From: an uncultured Gemmatimonadota bacterium
GTDB lineage: Bacteria; Blakebacterota; Blakebacteria; Blakebacterales; Blakebacteraceae
Length of the DNA: 64,000 bases
Assembly: GCA_964576115.1 (NCBI GenBank)
Contig: CAZNUA010000005.1
Coordinates: 62,001-126,000 of the forward strand
Reading direction: 5' to 3'
The notes under the pieces were generated by a model. It was not told the origin of the DNA, did not search any database, and worked only from the letters and a program-made list of their open reading frames with translations. Positions 10,360-19,664 of the stretch are shown piece by piece; the first letter of the stretch is position 1, and each line of letters starts with the position of its first letter. The translations under genes were made by a program, and so were the position numbers.

Positions 10360-12167
10360 TGCCCACGATGTCGCCGCGATCGCTGCTCCGCGCCGGCCAA
10401 CCGCCCCGCGGCCGGACCGCCCTTCTGTTGGGGGGGCTGCTTGTCGGCGTGTGGCTGTCGGGTGGTTCCCCCAACCCTGAAGCCGGGCGGTTCGCTCTGG
10501 CGACGGACGGGGCGGGGATTGCCGGTCCCCGGATCCCGGCGGCGGCCGAGGCCGGGTCGGGAGTCCTGCAGGGGCGGGCCGATACCTTGCATGTCGGCGT
10601 CATTCACCCGGGCGGTCTACGCCCCCTGCCGCCGTCTCTGCTCTCCGACGAGGTCGAACGCTGGGTCATGGCTCAAGTCTACGGCCCCGGTCTGCTGAGC
10701 CGGATCGCCAACGGCCGGAGCCGCGAACCGGAAGGAAGCACCCTTCAGTACCCTGCACCCCGGCTGGTCTCGGAGTATGTTCCGGATGAAGAAACGGGGG
10801 GGGGAGGAGGAATCACCTTCACCATCCAGTCCGGCATCCGGTTCCAGAACGGCGAGACCCTGACTGCCCGGAACCTGGAGGCTACCTTCGCGATCTACCG
10901 GGGACTGGCCCGGCTCGGATACCCGGCGATCGATCCCGCCTTTGCCTATATCGATTCCACCGAGAGCCCGAGCCCGGAGACCTTCATCCTCTGGATGCCA
11001 CCGGGTATGCTCGAGCAGGGCTACCGCCTTGCCGCCGCGCCGATCCTGCCGACCGAGCTGACCGACACACTGCTTACGGCCGGGGACATGATCGCCGCCC
11101 TCGACCGGATCGTCGACGTCCCGATCGGCCTCGGGGGCTATCAGATCGCGAATCGCCCGGATCGGGTCCTTCTGACCGCTTTCCCCGATTACTTCGACGG
11201 CTCGCCCCGCATCCGCAATATCGTGGTGCACTTCTATGGCGATGATTCGGCGCTGATCCGGGCCTTCATGACCGGTGAGATCCAGTTCGCCCGGATGCCG
11301 ACCTGGAAGGCCATCCAGCGGCTCAATGAAGAGGTCAAGAACAGCCCCGAGCTGTTGCGCCGCTCCAACGTGCGGTTCTACGCTCAACCCGATCACTTCT
11401 TTTACCTGGCCCTGAACAATACCATTGCGCCCCTCGACGATCCGGTCATGCGCCGGGTCTTCGGGAACATCATCCATCGCGAGCATTCCGAATTCCGCGA
11501 CGAACCGTTCGCGCACAGCGTCATCACCGATATCCCCATCCATCCCAAGAGCGTCCTGGGAGACTACCTGCCCACTCCCACCCGGCGGCACCAGCCCCGC
11601 TCCTTCGTCCTGCGTCACCTGCGGGAGAGCGATCTGAACTTGACCCGGACCGGCTATCCCCGCGCCGCCGACGACAGCCGCTTCAGTCTCGAGCTAATCT
11701 ATCCCGATCACATCGAGCACTACGAAACGATGGCCCGCCGGATCAAGAACGACCTGGAGAACTATCAGTTCCTCATCGATGTGATCCCCCTGGCACCGCG
11801 CGAGATCGAGGCGCGTCTGCGCGCCGGAACCTACGAGCTGGCTCTGTTCGCGATGACCCTGCCCCCCACCCCCGATGTCCTCTACCGGCTCTACGCCTCA
11901 GAGTATGTCGCTACCGGGCTGAACCTGACCCGCTATACCAATCAGGCTCTGGATGCGGCTCTGTTGAGGGCCCTGTGGCGACGCGGCGATGACTGGGAAG
12001 CCTCGCTCGAGAACGCTTTCCGGATCCTGTACGAGGAAATGCCCCTGCTGCCCCTCTTCTACCAGGCCAACGTCTACTATTTTTTCAACAATGCGCTGGT
12101 CGAGCAGGAAACCCTGGGGCCGAGCTTCTCGCTGATGCAGCCGATGGCGGAGTGGAGGTGGCGCTAG
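10359..12167 (+). CDS. Family 5 (OppA/DppA-like) extracellular solute-binding protein
   Basis: FTIQSGIRFQNGETLTA, PIGLGGY, YLALNN..PLDDPVMRR, NLTRYTN, LYEEMPLLPLFY; hydrophobic N-terminus; ATG overlaps the upstream TGA. Confidence 0.8.
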   Translation: MPTMSPRSLLRAGQPPRGRTALLLGGLLVGVWLSGGSPNPEAGRFALATDGAGIAGPRIPAAAEAGSGVLQGRADTLHVGVIHPGGLRPLPPSLLSDEVERWVMAQVYGPGLLSRIANGRSREPEGSTLQYPAPRLVSEYVPDEETGGGGGITFTIQSGIRFQNGETLTARNLEATFAIYRGLARLGYPAIDPAFAYIDSTESPSPETFILWMPPGMLEQGYRLAAAPILPTELTDTLLTAGDMIAALDRIVDVPIGLGGYQIANRPDRVLLTAFPDYFDGSPRIRNIVVHFYGDDSALIRAFMTGEIQFARMPTWKAIQRLNEEVKNSPELLRRSNVRFYAQPDHFFYLALNNTIAPLDDPVMRRVFGNIIHREHSEFRDEPFAHSVITDIPIHPKSVLGDYLPTPTRRHQPRSFVLRHLRESDLNLTRTGYPRAADDSRFSLELIYPDHIEHYETMARRIKNDLENYQFLIDVIPLAPREIEARLRAGTYELALFAMTLPPTPDVLYRLYASEYVATGLNLTRYTNQALDAALLRALWRRGDDWEASLENAFRILYEEMPLLPLFYQANVYYFFNNALVEQETLGPSFSLMQPMAEWRWR

Positions 12168-12168
12168 G

Positions 12169-14073
12169 ATGAGGAACTCCCTGCGGCCGCGGCTGGTGCA
12201 GCGCCTGCCCCTGGTGGGGGGGCTTTTTCAGCGGCTCTTCTTTCATCACCTGGTGCTGGTGACCCTGCCGATCGTGGTGCTCGGTCTGCTCCTGGTGAGG
12301 ATCTCCCAGGAGGCCATCAGGAACACCCTGCGCGAGGACGGCGAAGAGATCGTGACCCAGGTCAAGGGGCAGATCGAGCGTTATTTCGTCGATGTGGAGC
12401 GGCAGCTGAAGATCCTTGCGATCGGTCTGGAACAGGCCGCTCTCGACGAAGAGAGCGGCCGGTTGTCGACCCGAGATACCGACCGGTACCTGAGCGTGGC
12501 CAAGGGCAACGACGCCCTCGATGTCTTCGGCCATCTCTTCGTTCTCGGGAGCGCCGATTCCCTGATTGCGGCGACCGATTTCGCGGCCCGCCGGCTCCCC
12601 CCGCAGGAGCGGCTCCCCGCCGCGGCCCGGGAGGCGGTGACCGACGCCCTGAGCGGCATCGATCTGGCGATGGTGCCGGTCTATCCCCCCGAGGAGCTGG
12701 ATGTTCCCGCCCTCTACATGGCGACCCCGATACGTTCTCCCTTCGAAGATATCGTCGGAGCGCTGATCGCCGAGGTGGATGCCGACGTGGTCTGGCGTCT
12801 GGTGGCCGATATCCAGGTGGGCGACAATTCCCAGTCCTTCCTGACCGACGCTGAGGGGCGGGTAATCGCCCATACCAACCGGGCTCTGGTCTACCAGGGG
12901 ATCAGTTACATGGCCCTGCAGTCGGTACAGACGGCTCTGGTACCGGGACGCCGGGATCCGGGAGTGGTCAGCGAGGTGATCGACCGCAGCGGCCAGGAGG
13001 GCGAGGAGATGGTGGCCGCCTTCGCTCCGGTCATGATGGGCGATCTGCAGTGGGCGCTTGTGATTCACAGACCGGAAGCCGAAGTAGGGCAGATCGCCGA
13101 TACCATGAGCTGGCAGGTCATGGTCATCATTCTGGTCGGGATCGCCCTGGCTCTCATTTCCACCCTGGTCTATACGCGCCGCCTCATCCTGCCGATCGGG
13201 GCGCTGGTGGAGGGTACCAACCGGCTCAGTCAGGGCGACCTGCAGTACAAGATTCCGGTCGCCGGGCACGACGAACTCGGCACCCTGGCCAGCGAATTCA
13301 ACGTCATGGTGGAACAGATCTCCCGTATCCAGCAGCGTCTGCGCCAGGGCGAGCATCTCGACACCCTGGCCAAGTTCTCTTCGGTGGTGGCCCACGAGAT
13401 CCGCAATCCGCTCAATGCCATGCAGATCAATCTCCACCTGTTACGCGAGCGGCTGGGGGAGGAGGATTCGGTCTATCTCGATATCATCTCGAGTGAGATC
13501 CAGCGGCTCGAGAACCTTGTGCGGGAGTTCCAGACCATCTCCCGGCCCCCGGCTCTGAATCCGGAACCGGTCGACGTCAATACCCTGATCACCGATATCG
13601 TCAAACTGCAGACAGAGACCGCTTCCCGTCAGGGAATCATGGTCGTGGCCGACCTGGTCGCCGGATTGCCGAAAATCGAAGCCGATCGGAACCGTCTGAC
13701 CCAGGCCTTGCTCAATATCATTCTCAACGCTTTGCAGGCGATGCCGGAGGGGGGCACGTTGCGGATCGAGACCGCCGCCGTCGGACCGGCAGAGCGGGAG
13801 GTCGCGATCACCATGACCGACAACGGGGAAGGGATCGCACCTGAGGTTTTGCCCCACGTCTTCGATTATTACTATACCACCCGTGATGAGGGCTCGGGTC
13901 TCGGTCTCTCGGTGGCCCATCGCATCATCTTCGAGCATGGTGGTCAGATCAGCATCGAATCGCCCCCCGGGGAAGGCACCACGGTCTCGATCATCCTGCC
14001 GCGGCGGTCGCCCGAACCACCGTCGGGGAACGAGCGGAACGGTGAGGAAGGGAACGTATGGCCAGGATCCTGA
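12169..14073 (+). CDS. Sensor histidine kinase (TM-Cache-like-TM-HAMP-HisKA-HATPase)
   Basis: Two TM segments around a large periplasmic domain; HAMP (DELGTLASEFN); H-box VAHEIRNPL; N-box NIILNA; DNGEG; GSGLGL. Confidence 0.95.
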   Translation: MRNSLRPRLVQRLPLVGGLFQRLFFHHLVLVTLPIVVLGLLLVRISQEAIRNTLREDGEEIVTQVKGQIERYFVDVERQLKILAIGLEQAALDEESGRLSTRDTDRYLSVAKGNDALDVFGHLFVLGSADSLIAATDFAARRLPPQERLPAAAREAVTDALSGIDLAMVPVYPPEELDVPALYMATPIRSPFEDIVGALIAEVDADVVWRLVADIQVGDNSQSFLTDAEGRVIAHTNRALVYQGISYMALQSVQTALVPGRRDPGVVSEVIDRSGQEGEEMVAAFAPVMMGDLQWALVIHRPEAEVGQIADTMSWQVMVIILVGIALALISTLVYTRRLILPIGALVEGTNRLSQGDLQYKIPVAGHDELGTLASEFNVMVEQISRIQQRLRQGEHLDTLAKFSSVVAHEIRNPLNAMQINLHLLRERLGEEDSVYLDIISSEIQRLENLVREFQTISRPPALNPEPVDVNTLITDIVKLQTETASRQGIMVVADLVAGLPKIEADRNRLTQALLNIILNALQAMPEGGTLRIETAAVGPAEREVAITMTDNGEGIAPEVLPHVFDYYYTTRDEGSGLGLSVAHRIIFEHGGQISIESPPGEGTTVSIILPRRSPEPPSGNERNGEEGNVWPGS

Positions 14074-15413
14074 TCGCAGAGGACGATCTGAACACCCTGC
14101 AGGGGCTGCAGACCATTCTCGAGCGCGAGGAGCATGAGGTGCTGACCGCCGAGAACGGCGAGACAGCTCTCGAGCTGATAGTCGCCCGGGGCGACGTCGA
14201 ACTGCTGCTGACCGATCTGAAAATGCCCGGTCTGAGCGGCCTCGAGTTGAGCCGGAAAGTGATATCGACCTTTCCCGAGGTGCAGGTGATCGTCATGACA
14301 GCCTTCGGCACGGTCGATACGGCCGTGGAGGCCATGAAGGGTGGGGTTTACGACTATCTCACCAAACCGGTGGATATCGAGGAACTCCTGGTTGTGATCG
14401 ATCGCGCCCTGCGGGAACGGGCCCTGCTGCTCGAGAATCTCGAACTGCGCGGTATCGTCACCGAGCGCTACACCTTCGAGAACATCGTGGCGGTCTCCGA
14501 TGCCATGCAGACGATCTTCAAGACGATCCGCAAGGTGGCTCCCTCGCAGGCGACGGTCCTGATCGCCGGGGAATCGGGTACGGGGAAAGAACTCATCGCC
14601 CGGGCGGTGCACTACAATTCAAGGCGCAGCCGGGCACCGATGGTGGAGGTCAATTGTGCCTCGATCCCGCCGACTCTGATCGAGTCGGAGCTTTTCGGGC
14701 ACGAGAAAGGCGCCTTCACCGGCGCCTACCGCACACAGAAGGGCAAGTTCGAGACAGCCGAAGGAGGAACGATTTTTCTCGACGAGATCAGCCTGCTCAC
14801 CCCCGACCTGCAGGGCAAGCTGCTGCGGGTGCTGCAGGAACGTTCCTTCCAGCGCGTCGGGGGGAACCGGACTATCGAGGTCGACGTCCGGGTCGTGGCG
14901 GCGACCAACCAGGACCTGAAAAAGATGGTCAATCGCGGCGAGTTCCGGGAAGATCTGTATTACCGTCTGAATGTCGTGTCGATCGACATCCCCCCGCTGC
15001 GTCAGCGGCGGGAAGATATTCCGGCTCTGGTGAATCATTTCATTGAGAGTTTCGCCCGCGACCGGCCCGACCCGCCCACCAGTATCACCCAGGGAGCCCT
15101 CGATGCCCTGCTGGAATACGAGTGGCCGGGGAACGTGCGTGAACTCGAGAACACCCTGGAAAACGCCATGGTCGTGGCCGAAGGGCAGACCATCACCGAA
15201 CGGGATCTGAATATCGTCGAGGCCGAGACCGCTGCGGATGAGGAGATCGCTCCGGGTACCGAACTGACCCTGAAAGAACACCTCGAACGGACCGAGAAAC
15301 GGATTCTGCAGCGTACCCTGGAGAAGACCGACGGCAACCGGACCCGGGCGGCCGAACTGCTCGGCTTGAGTACCCGGGCGCTCAGGTACAAGATCAAGCA
15401 GTACGGATTGTGA
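14058..15413 (+). CDS. Sigma54-dependent response regulator, NtrC/AtoC family
   Basis: Receiver domain (EDD, TDLKMPG, TKP), Walker [15 protein letters not shown] loop, [13 protein letters not shown], Fis-type HTH. Confidence 0.96.
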   Translation: MARILIAEDDLNTLQGLQTILEREEHEVLTAENGETALELIVARGDVELLLTDLKMPGLSGLELSRKVISTFPEVQVIVMTAFGTVDTAVEAMKGGVYDYLTKPVDIEELLVVIDRALRERALLLENLELRGIVTERYTFENIVAVSDAMQTIFKTIRKVAPSQATVLIAGESGTGKELIARAVHYNSRRSRAPMVEVNCASIPPTLIESELFGHEKGAFTGAYRTQKGKFETAEGGTIFLDEISLLTPDLQGKLLRVLQERSFQRVGGNRTIEVDVRVVAATNQDLKKMVNRGEFREDLYYRLNVVSIDIPPLRQRREDIPALVNHFIESFARDRPDPPTSITQGALDALLEYEWPGNVRELENTLENAMVVAEGQTITERDLNIVEAETAADEEIAPGTELTLKEHLERTEKRILQRTLEKTDGNRTRAAELLGLSTRALRYKIKQYGL

Positions 15414-16387
15414 TCATGAAAAACGATTCACACGTCTGTGCCGCCGCCCGCCCGGTTCCACGAGCTGGATACCCCGGGCTCCTGTTGGTCTTCCTCCTGC
15501 TCCTGCCGATCGGCGGGGTGCGGGCGCAGAATTCCTTTCCCCTGGCCGATCTCATGCCTGTGTCCCGCGGCGGGGCCCTCGGAGGACAGGCTCTGGCGGG
15601 GGATCTGCTCGCTGTGGGGATCGATCCGACCGCGGCTGCCGGCCGGACCCCGGGAGTCGAAGCCGCGGGAGGGTCGAGCGTGCTCGATCTGTCCTGGGCC
15701 GCGGCCGCAACGCGCCTGACTCTGCTGGGTCGTCCAGTGGCGATCGCCGTGGCGACCATGACCTACGCCGAACAGTACCGGACCGATCTCGATGACCGGT
15801 TGGGGGTCTTCGGAGGCACCTTCTCTCCCGCCGATGTCAATCTTTCGTTCGGCACGGTCGTGCTGGCCGATGAAGGCACCCTCATCGGTGTCGGCACGAC
15901 GCTCTCGCTCGGAGCCATCGACGACGCCACCGCCACCGGCCTGTCGGCCGCGGTAGCCCTCCGGCAGAGGTTCGAGAAAACGGAACTGCGGGCCGCGCTC
16001 TCGGGTGCGGGGGTGGCTTTCAGTCCCTACGGCGGGAAAGGGGGAACCCGCCTGCCGGCCCGGGTGCGGGTGGGTGGTGCGCTGCGACCCGGGATCGGCA
16101 GATTCGAGTTTTCGGGCGAAGGTCTGTACCGCTTCGGCGACCGCCGTACGGGGTGGAGTGCCGGCGCTGAGTGGCGGCCGCTGGATGCGATCGCTCTCCG
16201 CCTGGGTCTGGGTGGGGGGGATGCCGGCGGTGTCCTCTCCAACGGGACTCTTTCGCAGTGGGGTGTCACAGCCGGTGTGGCCTGGCAACAGGGGGACTGG
16301 CGCATATCTTATCTCTACCGCCCGGGCGGTCTGCTCGGTACCGGTCACCTTCTGGCTCTGGGCTGGAGGCTCGGAGCCCTGCAGTAA
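15410..16387 (+). CDS. Exported outer-membrane beta-barrel protein, PorV/PorQ/UPF0164-like
   Basis: Signal peptide (..GVRA-Q). SRGGALGG..LLAVGIDPTA resembles the family N-terminus (GAR.A.MGG..A..NPA). Alternating beta-strand pattern. Confidence 0.55.
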   Translation: MIMKNDSHVCAAARPVPRAGYPGLLLVFLLLLPIGGVRAQNSFPLADLMPVSRGGALGGQALAGDLLAVGIDPTAAAGRTPGVEAAGGSSVLDLSWAAAATRLTLLGRPVAIAVATMTYAEQYRTDLDDRLGVFGGTFSPADVNLSFGTVVLADEGTLIGVGTTLSLGAIDDATATGLSAAVALRQRFEKTELRAALSGAGVAFSPYGGKGGTRLPARVRVGGALRPGIGRFEFSGEGLYRFGDRRTGWSAGAEWRPLDAIALRLGLGGGDAGGVLSNGTLSQWGVTAGVAWQQGDWRISYLYRPGGLLGTGHLLALGWRLGALQ

Positions 16388-16399
16388 AAGGACTCACCC

Positions 16400-17482
16400 A
16401 TGGCACCTACCCGCAGGCGGTGTGTACTGCCGCTCCTGGCCCTGCTGCTCCTCGCCGCAGGCTGTCTCGCCCCGGGCGCTGCGGTCCGGCCGCAACGCAT
16501 CATTCTCTTCATCGGCGACGGCGTCGGAACCGGCTACTGGTCAGCGGCCCTGATCTCGAACGATACCCTGGCGGTCTCCGCCTTTCCGGTCGTCGGGCTC
16601 GTCGATACCCGTGCCGATCCCGAGATCGTGACCGATTCAGCCGCTTCGGCAACCGCCTATGCGACCGGAGCAGGAACCTGCAACGGCGCCATCGGAGTGG
16701 ATCGCGAAGGCCGGGTACTGCCGACCGTGCTCGAGAGGGCCGAGACGCGGGGCCTGGCCACCGGCCTGGTGGTGACCTGCTCCCTGACCCATGCCACCCC
16801 GGCGGCCTTCGCGGCTCATGTCGAGCGACGCAGTGCCGAGAACGAGATCGCCGAGCAGATAGCCGCCCACGAGATCGAGGTGCTTCTCGGGGGCGGGCGG
16901 CGGCGTTTCGACCGCGCCCCGGATCCCGGCGCTCCGACCCTGCTCGAACAGATGCAGAGTCGGGCCACCTGTGTCCTGAGCGCCGGGGAGTTCCGGGCTC
17001 TCGACCTGGAAAGAGTCAACCGTCTGGTCGGTCTGTTTGCCGACGGTCACCTGCCCGCCTTCGCCGAGCGGGAGCCGGGACTGCCCGAGATGACCCGGGC
17101 CGCCCTGCGCATTCTCGACCGCGATCCCGAGGGTTTTTTCCTCATGGTCGAGGGTTCCCAGCCCGACTGGCGCGGGCACGAGAACGCTCCCCTGGAAGAC
17201 GTTCTTGCCGAGGTGCTCGATTTTGACGCTGCAATCGGAGCCGCTCTGGAGTATTTCGCCACCCGGCCCCGTACCCTGATCGTCGTGACCGCCGACCACG
17301 AAACCGGCGGTCTGGCGGTTGAAGGCGCTCCGGGCGAGGGAATCAGACTCGATTACACCACCGGCAGCCACACCGCCGAACTGGTCCCCCTGTTTGCGAT
17401 CGGCCCCGGCGCCGAACGCTTCACCGGCATCAGGAGCAATGCCGAGGTCGGGCGGTTTCTGCTCGAACTCATCGGGGAGTGA
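16400..17482 (+). CDS. Alkaline phosphatase (PhoA family), probable lipoprotein
   Basis: FIGDG, TDSAASATA (catalytic Ser), THATPAAF, FLMVEG, DWRGH, TADHETGG; LAAGC lipobox. Confidence 0.93.
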   Translation: MAPTRRRCVLPLLALLLLAAGCLAPGAAVRPQRIILFIGDGVGTGYWSAALISNDTLAVSAFPVVGLVDTRADPEIVTDSAASATAYATGAGTCNGAIGVDREGRVLPTVLERAETRGLATGLVVTCSLTHATPAAFAAHVERRSAENEIAEQIAAHEIEVLLGGGRRRFDRAPDPGAPTLLEQMQSRATCVLSAGEFRALDLERVNRLVGLFADGHLPAFAEREPGLPEMTRAALRILDRDPEGFFLMVEGSQPDWRGHENAPLEDVLAEVLDFDAAIGAALEYFATRPRTLIVVTADHETGGLAVEGAPGEGIRLDYTTGSHTAELVPLFAIGPGAERFTGIRSNAEVGRFLLELIGE

Positions 17483-17596
17483 AACCGTGGCCGGCCTGAT
17501 GCGTATCGAAGACAGGAGTCACGGTAATCTGCTATCATGCTGTCGAACCGACGAGCGCTATCAGGTACAGACCAGAGAGGGGCGGGGAGACGAACC

Positions 17597-18346
17597 ATGA
17601 TGCCTTCACGTCCGCACCGTCCGATCGCGACCCTTACCCTGCTCATCGCCCTGGTACTGGGGCTGCTTCCCGCCGGACGGGTCGAGGCCCAGCTCCAGCC
17701 CGAAGCCTCGGTCGCTTTCCTGCTCGGCTTCCCCCAGGGAGAGTTCGGCGATCATGTCTCGAACATCGGCCTCGGGCTCGACTTCACAATCGGGGTGCAG
17801 CTGCCCCGCTCGCCGATCCTGGTAGGGGCCGAACTGGGGTTTCTGACCTACGGGCGCGACTCCCGGCGGGAGTCTTTCAGCCTGACGATCCAGGAAGTCA
17901 CGGTACGGGTCATTACCACCAACAACATCCTGCTCGGCAACCTCTTCGTGCGCCTGCAGCCTCCGGCGGGCAGGATCCGGCCCTATCTCGACGCCCTGAT
18001 CGGCTTCAAGTACTTCTTCACCGAGACCAAGATCCGCAGCATCTACTTTTCCGACGACGATGAACCGATCGCCCGCGACACCAACCTGGGCGATATCACC
18101 TCGGCCCGCGGGTACGGAGTCGGACTCGCCATCGATCTCTGGAACGGCGAAGTCGACCTCGACAGCGGATCTTCGGGCTGGATAGGCATCCAGCTCGATC
18201 TGGGCCTGCGATACATACTCGGCAACGAGGCCGAGTACCTGAAGAAGGGCTCGATCAACTACGTCGGCGGCCAGGTCGTCTACGACATCGACCGTTCGGC
18301 CACCGATATCCTGCGACCGCATATCGGTGTGCGATTCGTTTTCTGA
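17597..18346 (+). CDS. Putative outer-membrane beta-barrel protein (paralog 1)
   Basis: Signal peptide ending VEA-Q, amphipathic strands, C-terminal Phe (GVRFVF). Confidence 0.65.
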   Translation: MMPSRPHRPIATLTLLIALVLGLLPAGRVEAQLQPEASVAFLLGFPQGEFGDHVSNIGLGLDFTIGVQLPRSPILVGAELGFLTYGRDSRRESFSLTIQEVTVRVITTNNILLGNLFVRLQPPAGRIRPYLDALIGFKYFFTETKIRSIYFSDDDEPIARDTNLGDITSARGYGVGLAIDLWNGEVDLDSGSSGWIGIQLDLGLRYILGNEAEYLKKGSINYVGGQVVYDIDRSATDILRPHIGVRFVF

Positions 18347-19136
18347 ATTCGGTGCGGCGCGAGGTTCGGCCGGGGAGCGGAAGGCGGGCGTCCGCAGCAC
18401 CCTGCTTGTTGCAGTGCTGCTCGGGTGCGGCTGCCTTCTGACCCTCGCCCCGTCATTTCTCGAGGCCCAGACCCGGTTCGAGACGTCGGTCGGTCCCGTC
18501 ATGGCCCTGCCTCTGGGATCCTTCGCCGACCGGGTTCGTACCGGCTGTCCGGGCGTTTCGCTCGGGGCGGGTCTGCGCCCCGGGGGCCGGGCCCTGCTTC
18601 TGGGCGGTGAGATCGCCTTTCTCGTCTACGGTCACGACCGGCGACGCGATCCTCTCACCCCCTCCCAACCCGAGTACGTGGTTCCCCGTACCGTCTGGAA
18701 CACGATCATGGAGGCGCACGTATTCGCCCGCTGGTCGTTTGCGCCGGCGCGCCTGACGCCCTTCGTCGAGGCTCTGGCGGGCATCAGTTCCCTGCGGACA
18801 GACTCGAACGTGGAGGGTGCCGCCCTGGCTGAGAACTACCCCGGGATCCGATCGATCCTGCATACCGATACGGCCGTGAGCGGTGGCGTGGGAGTCGGCG
18901 TGACGGTCCTCGTCCGGGACGCGCGGGAAGCCCAACCCGATCCGCGTCGGGGCGAGCTGACCGGAGCCCGCAAGCGGATACTGCTCGATATCGATCTGCG
19001 TTGGATCGGCGGCGGGCGGGCGGATTACCTGATCGAGGACAGTATCCGGGAGGTCGGCGGGGAAACGGTCTATGGCCTCATTCGTTCTCCGACCTCCCGT
19101 CTGACCGGTCTCGTCCGCCTGCGTTGGATTTTATAG
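18327..19136 (+). CDS. Putative outer-membrane beta-barrel protein (paralog 2; start uncertain)
   Basis: Co-linear similarity to the preceding gene; signal peptide ending LEA-Q. Confidence 0.6.
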   Translation: MCDSFSEFGAARGSAGERKAGVRSTLLVAVLLGCGCLLTLAPSFLEAQTRFETSVGPVMALPLGSFADRVRTGCPGVSLGAGLRPGGRALLLGGEIAFLVYGHDRRRDPLTPSQPEYVVPRTVWNTIMEAHVFARWSFAPARLTPFVEALAGISSLRTDSNVEGAALAENYPGIRSILHTDTAVSGGVGVGVTVLVRDAREAQPDPRRGELTGARKRILLDIDLRWIGGGRADYLIEDSIREVGGETVYGLIRSPTSRLTGLVRLRWIL

Positions 19137-19172
19137 GGGCCTGTCGGAGTACACCGACGGCGATTTTTCCAT

Positions 19173-19664
19173 CTACATCGAGGCGTCCTGGACGATCCGC
19201 CAGCCGCCCGTAGTGCGCCGCAGGACGATGAGCGTCAGGCCCGAGGCGGATTCGCGGTCGGGCCAGTTCAGATGCCAGCGCGCCGCCACGCTCATACCGC
19301 CGATGTCACGTGCCTGCAGGAACCCGAGAAACGGGCGGTTCTCCAGGTAGGCCGGGCGCATCTCGATGATCTCGAGCCGGAGGGTGCCCATGCCTTCGCG
19401 GCCGGGATATCGTTCCCGATACCTGGCCGTCAGGGCTTCCCGTCCCTCGACGATACCCGTCGGAGAGAGATAGAGGCAGTCCTCGGCATACGCGCTGGTA
19501 AAGGAGACGATGTCTCCCCGGCTCCAGTCCTCGCTCTGGGCCTGAAGGATGGCCTCGACCTCGGTGACGGCTTCCAGCTCGGCGGCCTCGATGCGCTCCA
19601 GGTCGGATCCGGAACAGGCCGCGACGACGAGCAGCGACAGAAACGCAAAGGCGGTTTGTTTCAT
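19173..19664 (-). CDS. SnoaL/DUF4440 (NTF2-like) lipoprotein
   Basis: Lipobox LLVVAAC; WSRGDI..Y..Y.ERYP..MGTLRL..GGWRIVQD; start overlaps the upstream gene's stop. Confidence 0.78.
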   Translation of the reverse strand: MKQTAFAFLSLLVVAACSGSDLERIEAAELEAVTEVEAILQAQSEDWSRGDIVSFTSAYAEDCLYLSPTGIVEGREALTARYRERYPGREGMGTLRLEIIEMRPAYLENRPFLGFLQARDIGGMSVAARWHLNWPDRESASGLTLIVLRRTTGGWRIVQDASM

